Position numbers and translations under genes: made by a program. Positions 25,450 to 37,970 of a stretch of DNA of 64,000 nt are shown here, in pieces. This DNA is from Zygnema circumcarinatum SAG 698-1b (taxonomy: Eukaryota; Plantae; Zygnematophyceae), in assembly GCA_037447605.1 (NCBI GenBank), contig CM074804.1:7851909-7915908 (forward strand). The letters run 5' to 3'. The notes beneath the pieces were generated by a model. That model saw nothing but the letters and a program-made list of their open reading frames with translations, searched no databases and was not told the DNA's origin. How positions within the stretch are numbered: the stretch's first letter is position 1; each line of letters begins with the position of its first letter.

Positions 25450-27122
25450 TCACCAGAGCTCATTCCTTGTCTCCAAACAGGGTGCAACAATCACATCGTT
25501 AACGAATAGGGTTCCATGAAACAGTTCCAGTAAAGTTCTGGCGGCCACGAGAGCAGTCGTGACAGATGCAATTAGGGTAAGGAGAAGGGCCAGACCCACC
25601 GAGAAAGTTGAGTTTGCCTCCACCATATACCCAATGGATGCACAAGCGGCGGCATTCATGGGGAATGTGTAGGCCCACCAGGCCAAGGAAAACCTGCACA
25701 GTTCAGTTCAGTTTGCAGTCAGGACTGCCAACTGAAAATGTCATGGTTTCCATGATCATGTGCGTGTGGGTGCCCTTCTGCTACTGTTTGATGGGTTGTT
25801 CCCCAAATCAAGATCAGAACTGAAGAAATTTCTGCGACTGACAGAGATTCCAACAAACCTGAGATCTCGAAAAAGGCGGTGTTGGCGGCCCTGCAGGCTC
25901 ACCAAGCAACACGTGTCCCAATAAGCATCCCTCTCTGTCCACGTGTCAGCACACAGACCACTCCAAATGCATGTACCTGCTGCTATTTCGCCTCTCTTCT
26001 CGCACCACGGCTGCCCTTCAAACAGCAAGAGCCTTCTTATATGAAGCAAAATCTTCCATTAACTTCACGATTTCCATCCATTCGCCACTTTTTAGGGTTT
26101 GAGGATTTTGGCGTGCCGAATTCAGAGACGAGCGCACGAGACTGACCATTTGCAGGTACATGAAGGCGGCGATGAAGAACAGAGACTTTGAGAAAGCATC
26201 CATTCGCCCTGCAATGGCATTCCATCCAATAGAGGCCGCGGAGGGGGGCGCCACAAAGAGGAAAAAGAGAGGATGCATATATTCCGGAAGCAGGAAGTTT
26301 CCCTGAAGACGTTGGTACAAAGTGATGAACACAGTGATCTGGTGAATGGTGCCGACTGCAAAGAAGAAAAGGGCGGGGTCCCTCCACCCGCAGAGAACTG
26401 CAACTTTCGCTCCAACAAAGTTTCCAATTATAGATATCTGGCCAGGTGCAAAAATGTGATATTCAGAACAACAGAAGCAGCACCAAGAACAGTGGAAAAC
26501 GACCAACACAATAAACTATAAAATGATCAGAAAGAAAAAAGAGAGACGAATGTCCCTCTCCCCCGAACCCCAACCCTTAGTTTTTTCCTTTCTATCTTCT
26601 CCTGAACCAGCATCACCTGCGTTGTGGGATTCGCCACGGAGCTGAGCCGATGATACCCCTGCGACATCCACTCCCCAAAGACCTGCAAATCAAGGGCCAG
26701 GATTGGCCCCATGCAGAGCACGAGAGCCGTCGGATGCGCCTCCCTTCCCGGATGAAGGAGGTCGGTCACCCACGAGGGAGCACCCTCCACGAGAAAGAGA
26801 GCGGAGATGAAGGGGCAGAAGAAGAAGTTTATCCGCACAGGGTGCTCGTACTCGAGGCGAGCCGAGCTCGGATAGAGGCACAGCTTAAGGGTGTAGATGA
26901 TGCTGCATGTGAGGAGGAGGCAGCAGCCGATGGTCCACATGGCGTTATGTATGGCGAAGGAAAAGGGAGCCATGGCCAAGGGGGCATGCTGAGTCATCAG
27001 CTTGCAAAGGAAGGAATGGCTGCATACTCCCATGCATGTACCAAATGTTACCACTGCAGGACGTGGATAGTGGGGGGGGCGGGGGGAGGAGGGAGGGGGG
27101 AGGGGGGGGGGGNNNNNNNNNN

Positions 27123-27176
<54 letters not shown>

Positions 27177-29039
27177 CGAGAGAGAGAGAGAGGGAGAGAG
27201 AGAGAGAGAAGGGGAGGTTTAGGTGAAGGGGCTGTGGGGTATTGAAATGGAGAGGTGTAGATGCAACAGCTCAGCAGACAAACCTCGAAGGTGCCAAGTA
27301 GAGCATAGAAACCCTAAGGCTTACCCGTGAAACGGAGGAGGAATGGGAACTGATCTATGTCGGGTTTCCGTTCCGTTGGCTCATCCACTGCAACAGGTTG
27401 CTTGGCACTGTCTGGCAGTGGAGCCTGCTGCCACGTGGCAGGCTGGCTTTGATTCTTTGAGGGCTGTGCTCCTGCTCTCCCTCCGGTGACGTCAGCATAC
27501 GAGCACAACAGGGCCTGCCATGGTAGCGGCAGGAAGTGCAGCTTTCAGAATCTGCCACAATTTCGTAGCAAGGTTGCATTTTTTTTCAAATTATTGCTCG
27601 GGCCACAGCGCCGATTTGTTGATTATTCAGAATATGATACTTTTTGTTTGTGCTAACATGAAAAAAAAAAAAAAGGGGGGGGTAGGGAGAAAGAGGAAGA
27701 GTCTATATGCCTGACTTTGAAATATTACTCCCCCCCCCTCCCTCTCCCCTCACCCCTTTCCCATAAAACAAGAGAAGAAGCTCTATCGCAGTAAAGCCCC
27801 AAACTTTACAAAATGGAGCCACTCCATAAAGTGTGAAAGAAGCAAGAAATGACCCTGTTTCCATCATGTTACCTCTTCCATCGACGGTCGACGTGACCGA
27901 TATTCAACATCCTCCACCTTCTCGCTTCTCTGCACCCCATTAAGGAATCGAGCGGCTATGGATCGCAAAAAACCTGTAAAATGTGCTCTCTTTTTGTTAA
28001 TCTTCTCCTCCTTTTCATCACCAATCCTCGCCCCTCCCTCGCCTCCCAAAAAAATGGGTCCCGGATCGCTTGCTGCATACAAACTTGCAGCGCTGCAATC
28101 GCTGCCCGTACTCCTTAGAGACAACGTTCTTTGCGGAGCTAAAAATTGCCTTTGAAATAGAGAGGGAGGAGAGGGAAAAAAAGATTTTCTAGGGCTGAGA
28201 GGCTGCGACCGGGGAAACCCTAAAGAGAGGTAGGCTGCCTCCTCCTCCTCCAAAGCGCTAACCCTAACCCTAAAACGCGGCAAATGCTGCTGCTGCTGCT
28301 CCGTACTGTCCCACGGATTTTCCGTTGCAGGGAACGGCGGCATGGAAAGGCCCCCACTTGCAAACGGCCGCGGGAAGGAGGGGGCCGGGGCGGGGGGTTC
28401 AGGGTCAACCCTAATCGGCCAGGCAGGGTTTTTAGGGTTTGCGGAGGTTCCAGCTTCCAGGAGAGAAGGAATGGAGATGCTTCTGCTGCTCGGCTCCATG
28501 GCGGAGGGGGGGCGCCAGGAGGGGGGCTCGGCTGACGTGGCGCCACGTGGCAGGCCATAGTGCTGCCAGCTGGCAGGCAGGTCAGTTTCTGGCCAATCAG
28601 AGCGCTCCTCTGCAAGGCCCGGGACAACCCTAAACCCCCCTCGCAGGCTGACGTCATCCTCCCCTGAAGCAGCTCCATCCCCCCATTCTCTTTCTCCGAG
28701 CGTGACGTCATCCGAGACAGCTGCCCCCTCGCCCTCCCTGTGCCCGCCCTGCCTTCCTCTGTCGAGAATCCACGTGTCGCCTAGAGAGCCTGCCACGTGT
28801 CCCCCCGAGCTGTCCTCCTCCTCCTCTTCCTCCCACGCGGCGTAGCGCTTCAATGAGAAGCCAACACGTGGCGAGCGCTCCAATGAGGACGCGCCAGGTG
28901 GCGAGTCCTCCACTGAGAAGCCGCCACGTGGCGGACTCGGCGAGAAGCTGCCGGCGGCCTCCCCCTCGAGCCTCCGCCGCGCGTTGCGGGCTGCGGCCAT
29001 CAGTGACGTCATGCTGACGTCACGCTGCATGGCGGCCAT
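25450..29039 (-). CDS. SLAC1/SLAH S-type anion channel (TDT/TehA family), 6 exons; start uncertain (ATG 29039 or 28499)
   Basis: Exons: 29039(or 28499)-27873, 27514-27325, 27053-26617, 26437-26147, 25890-25859, 25693-25450 (TGA). Motifs: FPFLLRF, EYEHPVRINFFFCP, LSSVANPT, GNFVGA, FITLYQRL, HPLFFLFVAPPSAAS, and FSLAWWAYTFP, which carries the gate Phe. Confidence 0.93.
27113..27122. other. Assembly gap (10 N) between poly-G and (GA)n in a SLAC intron
   Basis: Run of N seen directly. Confidence 0.99.
28534..29022. promoter_or_regulatory. Dense cluster of bZIP sites (G-box/ABRE and TGACGTCA) over the SLAC 5' region
   Basis: CACGTG at 28544, 28771, 28794, 28865 and 28925; GACGTGGC at 28534; TGACGTCA at 28649, 28703, 29004 and 29015. 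Confidence 0.5.
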
Positions 29040-29912
29040 GGCTCCGCCCGGAATCCGCGGCTCCCTCGCTTGGCGCAGCGCCCATAAAGGCCCGCGCCGG
29101 GGGGGGGCGGGGGGGGGGGGCCGGCAGGTCCGGGAACCGGCCGGCAATGGCCGGCCGGCACAATCTGGGAGCCGTATAATCGTACAGTACCTGCCCTGGT
29201 TCTGTACTGTACTTTACCCCCCTGGTAAACCCTGGTACGGATAGGGAAGGGGAGAATCTGGTGCGTATCTGGAAGTGCGACGTGATTGGTTTGGAGATTC
29301 GAGCCACGTCAGCGTAATCTGATACGTGGTCATGGTACTTGCGGCTGGCTCGCGGCAGGCGGCAGGTCAGGAACAAAACATTGGCGGGCGGGGCATGAAA
29401 TCTTGGGGCCCTAGAACACGGGCCCCACATTGGGACCAGGGATAGAGGCACATGCCACAGCAAGATTGAATAGTCGCTTGCTGCCATGCATGCATGCATG
29501 TTTGTGTCCTTGAAAACAAATTACCCATCCATCCTTTCTTTGTACATCTATCGCACAGTAAGTACATCCCCATGTCCTTATTACTCGTTCGTACTCTTCA
29601 TACTTTCTCATGCACAATGCAAAATTGGCACAAAAACGGTGCATGGTACCACCGCGCACCGTTGTGTTGAACGCAACGGCTAACTGCTGCATGGAACGCC
29701 TGATGCCGGCACATCGACAGCGAGGCCATGGCACATACACGGCACGCCCCCCCCTCGCCTCCAAAGGCAACCGCAAACCCTAAAATTCCGCAGCGAGTGA
29801 GCGACCGAGCTCAGAAGCAGAAGCAGGCTCCTTCTCCTCCTGCAGCGGCTGCTGCTGCTGCCGCTCTTCTTCTTCTTTGTCTTCTTCTTCTTCTTCATCT
29901 TCTTCTTCTGTA

Positions 29913-30133
29913 TTACGGGTGCGGGGAGGGGAAGAGCTGATTGGGGCTGTCGAACTTGTCCGCGAAGACGGGTTTCTCCGCGGGGTGGCGGTGCGCCCGC
30001 CGGGTGTCGAGCGCGGCGTGGAGGGCCTTCGCGCACTTGAGGGCGAGCGCGCGCGACCCGCTGTCGCCCGCCGCGCGGAGGACCGCGATCCACGTGTCTG
30101 CACGCACGCCAGGGAGAGGGAGACCCTTCAGCC

Positions 30134-30228
<95 letters not shown>

Positions 30229-32516
30229 CTTTCTCGCCCTCTCTCGCCTCTCGGCAGGCTGGCATTGAGGGGAAGACATGAAGGATCGAGAGAGAGGGGG
30301 GGGGGATGTGGCCTCCTCACCTGGAGTGCAGACGATAAGCGACTCGCACATATGCATAAGCGCATCTACTCCGTACTGTGAGCAAGCCGGCCAAGCAGAG
30401 GATTCAGTTCAGTTCAGTTCCGTTCCAGTTGGTTTCATTTTTGTACTGAGTGCTGAAATTTAACATTCAGGAGTGAGAATTCTCTGTAGCAGTGACGAAA
30501 AAACGGCCCATTCATACAATCACATCTACAAAAAACGCAACTACCTTTGCAGAGGAGTGAAAGCAAGAGAACCTCTACACTCACCACGTGGGCTGCCCTA
30601 AAAAGGTCGATTCCTCGGCTTTGAATGAACTCTGCTTCCACTGCTCCCGTGTACATGAACTCGACCATTTTCTTCACAACTCTGAAGGAAGCCTCCTTCA
30701 GCTCCACTCGGTTCGACCCAAGCAGAGTCGCAGACTCAATGTTGAACTTCAGAACCTGCCAACCTCCACCGACATATCCTGCCCAGTCAAAACGAAAGCC
30801 CTGTCTGCATACGACTCCAAAACTCCTCCTTACCTTGAATCAAAGTCCTTCTCTCCTCACTTGCCACTCTATTCCTCCTCTACGTCAAAGGGCCAACTTT
30901 GCGTGAGCAAAGCCACCCTAATCATCGTAGAAATTCTGCACCTTCTCTTCTCAAGTCGAAACGCATGAACTCACCTTCGAATTGTGCACCAAAAGCTCCT
31001 TCAACGCGCATACGTAGTGTCCTTCAGCCCACACCTCCACCAGTTGGTGGTCCCCACTCTCCATCAGCTTCGCCCAGCCTTCCTGCACGACAGCTGGCAC
31101 AGAGGCCTCGTGTAGCCGCACATCGCTCTCCTCCTCGAGCTCGCAAATCAGCGCGGTAGCGAGAACGTTGATAATGTCATCCCAGTGACGATATTCCCAT
31201 CCTAAAGGAGCAGAAAATGTAACAGAGTTAGCCCTGTGGAGGGGACTCTACTAGGGAGATGGTTGAGGGGGATGAAGCTCACTAAAGAACAATCGTCAAG
31301 GACGCAAAGTTGGACGAGCGATTAGAAAGTGAAAGAGAGTGATTAGGAAAGAAACTTGCACTACAGCACGTTCATAGAGAGGCAGCATTTGACGACAACA
31401 GGTTCAGGGCCATGCAAGCCTCCGACGAGAAGCTTCGGCAGCGTTCTGTTCAGCTCATAACATGCAAGTTCATTCAGCTAAGATGCTCCTTCATTAGCTG
31501 AAAAGAATCCCTTCTCTTCAGAATGCAGAATACCTTTAAGGTATAGAGCAGACTTCAGCTCCAAGGCCACCTGCATACATTGCAGAGAAAAACAAGCGCT
31601 CTTTCCCTTAACGCTCGTTGCCTTAAGACTCCTATTTGAATACCCTTAAGGCCGACGCCTACCAGCTTCAATGCACCACATCTTCAACCAGCAAACAAGA
31701 CCACATTTTGTTGCAGGAACCTTTAAACAAGGCCAGAATTAAGCGACGGCTAATGTCACACAAATACGCTGTGGCTTACCAAAAGCGGAGTCTTGTGATC
31801 GAGATCGACCTTCTTGGTCTCCTGCTGCCGCTGCTGGTCATGCCTCACTATGGAGACCTTGTGAGCGGAGGGAGGAGAAGCAGCTTTGATGCTCACTTTG
31901 GCTCCGTGCTGAAGGAGGAGCTCCGCCATGCTCACATTCCGATGCGAGTCGTAGCCGTAGACAGCCAAGAAGAGGGCGGTCACGCCCTGCAGGAGAGGAG
32001 GCAGGCGGCACGGGTGGAGCAGCTGGCTGGGAATTTAGGGCTAGGATTAGGGTAAGGTTAGGGTTAGGGTTAAGGTTAGGTATGGGTCGGGTAGAGTTAG
32101 GGTTCGGTTTAGGGTTAGAAGTTAGAACACATACAAAGAACCGTGTGTGAATTCTGGGAGAGGAGAGAATGCGCAACGAGAAAATAAAAGTGAGAGGCTG
32201 AAGAGAGAGAAATGCGAGAGAAAGAGCAGCGAGAACGACAGCGGAGGTTTCGAAAAGAGAGTGATCAGCAAGAAAGGGATTCAGAAAGTGCATAGAGCAG
32301 CAAGAGCGAGAAATATAGCAGGTCAAGAGAGTGAGCGTACGAGAGAGAGAGAGAGCGAAAGAGATAGAGAGGGACCTCATCGTTGTAGGCGTTGACGTCC
32401 ACATTCCTGTTGTGCAGGAGCGCCGCCACGGTGTCTTCCTTCCCCTCCTCCACGGCGCGGAACAGCGTGGCCTGGTCCAGAGCGCGCTCCCGCGCCCCCG
32501 CCTCCTGCTCCGCCAT
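29913..32516 (-). CDS. Ankyrin-repeat plus BTB/POZ domain protein, 7 exons
   Basis: Exons (approx.): 32516-32376, 31986-31780, 31570-31534, 31201-30976, 30755-30585, 30375-30321, 30097-29913 (TAA). Ankyrin motifs: [17 protein letters not shown]...[17 protein letters not shown] and KTPLLVA. BTB-like motifs: [21 protein letters not shown] and [21 protein letters not shown]. Confidence 0.85.
30136..30245. repeat. (CT/GA)n microsatellite, representative of many (also ~27123-27210, 32520-32680, 37214-37312, 37933-37967, 44929-44982, 46642-46673, 55276-55355)
   Basis: Dinucleotide repeats seen directly, mostly intronic or in 5' UTRs. Confidence 0.95.
32034..32125. repeat. Short degenerate (TTAGGG)n telomere-like tract in intron 1 of the ankyrin-BTB gene
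   Basis: tttagggctaggattagggtaaggttagggttagggttaaggttagg...ttagggttcggtttagggttag. Confidence 0.8.
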
Positions 32517-32781
32517 GCCTCTCTCTCGCTCTCTCTCTCTTTCTCTCTCTCTCGCTTTCTCTCTCTCTTTGACTCTTTTCTTTCTCTCTGTGTTTCTCTC
32601 TCTCCTTCCCTCTCTCTCTCTGTCTCTCTCTCCCTCTTTCTCTCTCCCTCTCTCTCTCCCTCCCCTCCCTCTCCCACTCTTCTGTCTGCCTCGCTTCTTC
32701 CGCGAAGTCCCTCTCCTCCCCCTCCGCTCCCCTCTTCTTCTCCCTAGCTGCCATCTTAAATGGAAGCAAATCTTGGCTCGC

Positions 32782-32979
32782 CACGTGTCCGCATTGACCA
32801 CGTGGCGTGCTGCGGTTGGCTCCCCCTCCAGCGTTTTTTTTTTTGAGTCCCGCCCTCCCTCGAGCCACGCTCCGCGACCGGCCCTTTTCCTACCCCCTCC
32901 GCCAATCAGCGCACGCCACGTGGCCGCCTGCGCCACGCTGCCGCGCAGACCGCCGCCGTCACCAGGCACGTGGCACGTC
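32782..32979 (-). promoter_or_regulatory. G-box/ABRE cluster plus CCAAT box upstream of the ankyrin-BTB gene
   Basis: CACGTG at 32782, 32799, 32917 and 32967; CACGTC at 32974; CCAAT at 32902; (CATG)n RY-like run at ~33107-33124. The cluster is 260-470 bp upstream of ATG 32516. Confidence 0.5.
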
Positions 32980-33827
32980 ACTACAGGGTGCGCAAGTGGC
33001 GCTGATTCCCTCAGCCGTACAGGGCACCGTACGGAATTGCTTGCGGAGTTCGTACAGTATCCCCATTTTTTGTTTTTATTTGATTTTGGCAGAGCTATGG
33101 TGGGCGTGCATGCATGCATGCATGGGTAGATGAATGGATGCATGGGTAGATGAACGGATGCATGGATGGATGCAACATCATGCATAGAAGCATGTAAAGA
33201 GGCGGCAGATGTGGCAGGGCATACTTGTCGAGGCCGCATGCATACCCGGACTAGAAAAGTAAGAAACTTGAGATTCGTCTCAAGATGGCGATACCATGAA
33301 ATGTACATGGACAACAACAACAACAGCACGGGAAACCACGAAGATCCAACCAACCGCTCACAAGGGACCGACCCAAGGATGAAAGAGAAAGAGCTGTGAG
33401 CCCAAACCTAATCTGCTTCTAGGCTCAACCACGCTGCACGCACTCGAATCAAGCAGGGTGCCTTTTCACAGAAAGAAAGAAGCAGATCGTTTCCCACACT
33501 TTGAGGAAACCGGCCGGATTTTATGCTTTGCTGGCCCATTCCACCACACTTGGGTGTAGGGGCCAAGTTTGATATTAAATTACATTTGAATCGACCCATG
33601 ACATAGCTAATACCTAACCAAAAACAGGGAATTGGAGCTAACCGATTTTCTCAAAGATGGCACAACAACACGAGTGCCCACCCTCCCTACAGTGACGAAG
33701 GGAGTCTGGATTCTGGACCTTACAATGCCTCCTTATGACTTGAACTCGAGCACGTGCACATCTCCTGTCCTTATTCGTTGGAAAACGAGAAAGACGACCT
33801 CTCCCACCTCTCTCTCTCTCCTCCTCT

Positions 33828-36800
33828 CTACCGTCCAATCAATCGGCTCTCTTTAGGAACTCGAGACAGTATATCATCCGTTCCGCTTCTTGGTTCATAC
33901 GACGACGACCACGTGATCTCTGGGAGCCCTCGAGACATGGCGGAGGTGGCGGAGGAGGACATGTCCCCAATGCTCTTGCTCAGAAGAGGCTGCCCGCTCC
34001 CCTCCCCCTCCACAGAGCTCGTTTGTACTTTGAGCCGACGCAGTTCACTGGACACCTCCGCCATCTCCGGGCGATACTTGCCCACCCTTTGGAGGCAAGA
34101 TGCGGCGATGTTGGCAAGGGACTGCATGGACTCAAGGCGGTATTCGCCCTCCAGTTTGGGGTCGATGAGGGCGGAGAGGCCCAGAGAGGTTCGCATCTTA
34201 TGTAGGGCCTGCATGAAAGGAAATGGAATTCCACTGTGTATGGTTAGTACAATACAGGCTGGGGGGCAAAACCCACTAATATGCCACTTCAAAAAGTGGT
34301 TCGCCGTTCGAAGAAGTATCGTGAGTGAAAGAAGACGGCGGTTCTATCTATCTATCCACCTATCTATCTATCTATCTATCCATCTATCTATCTATCCATC
34401 TATCTATGTATCTATCTATCTATGTATCTATCTATGGTGGGTGCCCTGCGTGCAGTCCTGATGGGTGCATACCCAGGTGGCGAGCGAGGTGAGCTGCTCG
34501 TCGTCGTCCTCGTCGCGGTCCCACACAAGGGCGGGCTGCCCCGTGATGAGCTCCAACAGGACCACGCCGAAACTGCCATGGATGCATGCACATGCATGCA
34601 TGCATGCAGGAGAGGGCAGGTGTCAGTCCGGGCGTGCCTTGGGTATTAGGGGTTTAAGGGGGGGGGGGGGGCAGCCTGAGAGTTCATCTGAATGAGAATG
34701 AGAAGAAGCAGTTGTATGGGAGACAGAGGGGTTGAGGTTGCTTAAAAAGGGGTGCAGGAATTGGGCAGCGATGGGGAGGGGAGGGGAGGGGAGGGGAGGG
34801 GAGGGGAGGGGAAGGGGACCGAAGCAGGAAGGTGATTAGGGAACACAAGCCAAAAAGGTGTGGGTTTAGTCACACACCAAAAAACGAGCATAAGAAAAGT
34901 GTCTGTTTAAAAGCACACCCACCTGTACACATCACTTTTTGTCGTGACTCTGTAGGTTGTGTAGTACTCGGGATCCATGTACCCATGCGTGCCGGCAACT
35001 CGCGTTATTGACGACTCGGCTCTATCCTCATCATTGCCTTTCAAGAGGCCGAAGTCGGCCACCTTTGCCTGCAGAGGGATCGGAAAACTGTTTTTCAAGA
35101 AAATCGGCATTCTGCAGGTTCGTGTATATAGTGGAGCCCGGATGAGATAATGAATAACAAAGGATGCCTGCGAAACTGAGGAGTGATGTGCTACTACTGC
35201 TACTGGTGTACCTGCATCTTGGCATCCAAAAGGATGTTTTCCGACTTCACATCTCTGTGAATGATGGCAGGCTTGGCCTGTGTGTGGAGATATCTCAGAC
35301 CTTCCGCAGCTCCCAATGCGATATCCAACCGCTGCTGGAAGGAGAGAGGGGGTCTCCCATCTGTTCAGAAGATAACACCACAACATAACGCGATATGTTG
35401 TAGTATGTCAGTAAATGTTGCAGCAAAATTTCCTTGGATGGATGAGGGCCAATCCCTTTCACCTCTTCCAACGAAATCAAAGATCAATAGAGCTGTTTGA
35501 AAGTGTTCAAGTAACTGGTTCTGGTTTAGCCAACCATAATCCTCTGGTTAACCAGTCAGTCAACCAAACCATGCCCTGCCCCACCTTTGGCTCGCAGCGC
35601 CGCTTTGAGAGTGCCGTTGGGAACGAACTCGTAAATGAGCAGCTGCTCGTTGTCCTCGTCGCAGAAGCCAAGAAGCTTAACCAGATTTCTATGGTTCATG
35701 CGGGAGATGATGTCCACCTGCATGGGGGGTAATATCATCATCCTTTTGGATCAGATATGCACATGCACAATATCAAATAAGATCTTTCCCACCTTTCCCG
35801 TTGTGCCAACAACAATTAACTGTGGGTAATCTCTTGACAAGCTTTCATCTCGTTGGTGGATGAAGATTTTTTCAAGCATTGTTTGGGAACAAACCTCGTT
35901 CTGAAAGATTTCCAGGCCTTGTAGGGACACAGTTTTGGCCCTTTTTACAGCCCAGACTTCCCCTTTCTTCGTCTCCCCTCTGTACACATTCCCATAGCCC
36001 CCCGATCCAAGCAGGTTTCCTTCGTCGAAGTTTCCAGTGGCTTCGCGAATGGCCTGCAGCCGGACCGCTTTCACAAAGTGCTGTTCGACTTTCACCGTCA
36101 GATTTGACTTTTCTGAATGAACATAAGAAAACGAGCTCCGTCATAAGAATCCCAAAGAGGTGGATGAGAGATAGGTTTTACTTTTTCATTTCTGCCGCTT
36201 ACTCTTGAGGATTTGCTAATTAGTTAATTACTTAGTTCTGTGAATAGCTTCAGAAAGAAGTTGTAAGGAAGCAAGAGCCCTACTTGGTCGGCGAAAATAC
36301 TTGACCAAAATAACCGCCATAGTAATGAAGATGACTCCCATAATTGAGGCGACAATAAACACATATTCCGGAACTCCTGCTCAAGGTGCCAACCGCAATT
36401 GGGCAACAAAGTAAATAAAATATCCTCCCACATGTACTTCACTTACTTGTGGGGGGATGTACTTCCTTACATGCAGTTCACTTATAGCCCAGCAAAAGGC
36501 ATGGCACAATTGCATCTTGAAAAGAGATCAAACCTTTGTCGGAAGTTGCGGCAGTTGGCGGAGAGAAAGGGGGTGGAGGCGAGGCAAAACTGACAACATA
36601 ACCTGCATAGAAACCCACGTGTGAAAAGTTCCAATCTCAGAGTAGACTTCGAAAAGGAGTGGAAACAGAAGAAGATGGACCAATTTTGCTGAGCATTTGC
36701 AATTAGGAAGGAAATCTTTAAACCCAGCAGAAAAGTTGGCCTCCTTACCACGATTGCAGCTTATAAGAAGTCCGGGATTCCCCGCATAGCTGCAATTCCC

Positions 36801-37930
36801 CTCAGCCATAAGCACAATAAGCTGCTGCTAAATTGCGAGAACTTCAAATATTAATATTGAAGCTTACGATTGGAATATCACGAGTGAAATGTGGTGGTAC
36901 AGAAAATGGGAAGCTTACCTGTCACATTTTGTTAAGTTGATGTTGGAGAATATCTCCGAAGGAAGGTAGCCAAAGAGCTGGTTGTTGCTCAGATTGCTGC
37001 CAAAAGGGCGAACGATCATCATAAGGAGAAGAGTTTCTATTATAGGGTAACAGCACCTTGAAGTGAACAAGCAAACCCTTCTCTCCCGTGCTACCCCTCT
37101 CCTTCTCTCCACCATACATGAGTACAATTCTTCTCCGTTGCACCTGGTGGTTTCACTCGTGGTTTCGAGTAGTGGTTTCTTGAAGCAGTTTTTGCTGATG
37201 CTACAGTGGAGGGGGAGAGAGAGTGAGAGAGAGAGGGAGAGAGAGAGAGAGAGAGAAAAAGGGAGAGAGAGAGAGAGAGAGAGAAAGGGAGAGAGAGAGA
37301 GAGAGAGAGAGAGCTTACAGGCGAGCCAGCGAGAGATTCCCCAACGAGCTCGGGACAGAGCCAGAGAGGGCGTTGTTGGAGAGGTCTCTGCCAACATCAT
37401 TTTTCGTTTTTCATTTTGTTAGAGAAATTGTTTCAAAGAAAAGTTGCTTAGGGCAATTCAAGAGATTGATTGAACTTCAGCGATTGTAAGTATGTGCGAT
37501 CACTGTACGTACTGTGTTCTGTACAATAGCAGGGGATTTTTCTTGAAAGAAATCGCATATATAGTAAGAAGTAAAGGTTGAAAAATGTGTTCGATGTGAT
37601 GAAAGATAAAAAGAAAAAGGAAAGGGAACAAAAGCACAATTTAGTCCTTAAGGAAAATGGATTTTTTCAGACTTACAGTGAAAGAAGGCTAGTCGCTTCA
37701 AACTTGGGAATTGTTCCATTCAAAAAGTTTTTGGATAAGTCTCTGCAGTGCGGCATATGTGAAACACATTCCAAATAAATCACTCAATACAACAGAAAGG
37801 ATTACACTGAATTACATTGTCTCAGAAGCCACCGCTTGTCTTATCTGCCAAACAGGCTCTGCAGGGAAAGGTCCGCCACATTTCGATCCATGCAGTTCAG
37901 AGCTTTGAAGAGGGAAGGCCGAGAGAGGGA

Positions 37931-37970
<40 letters not shown>

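Noticed and set aside
29680-33353. RERERE / SLSLSL / poly-E and poly-K ORFs
   Set aside because: Artefacts of (GA)n and (GAA)n microsatellites overlapping real exons in other frames.
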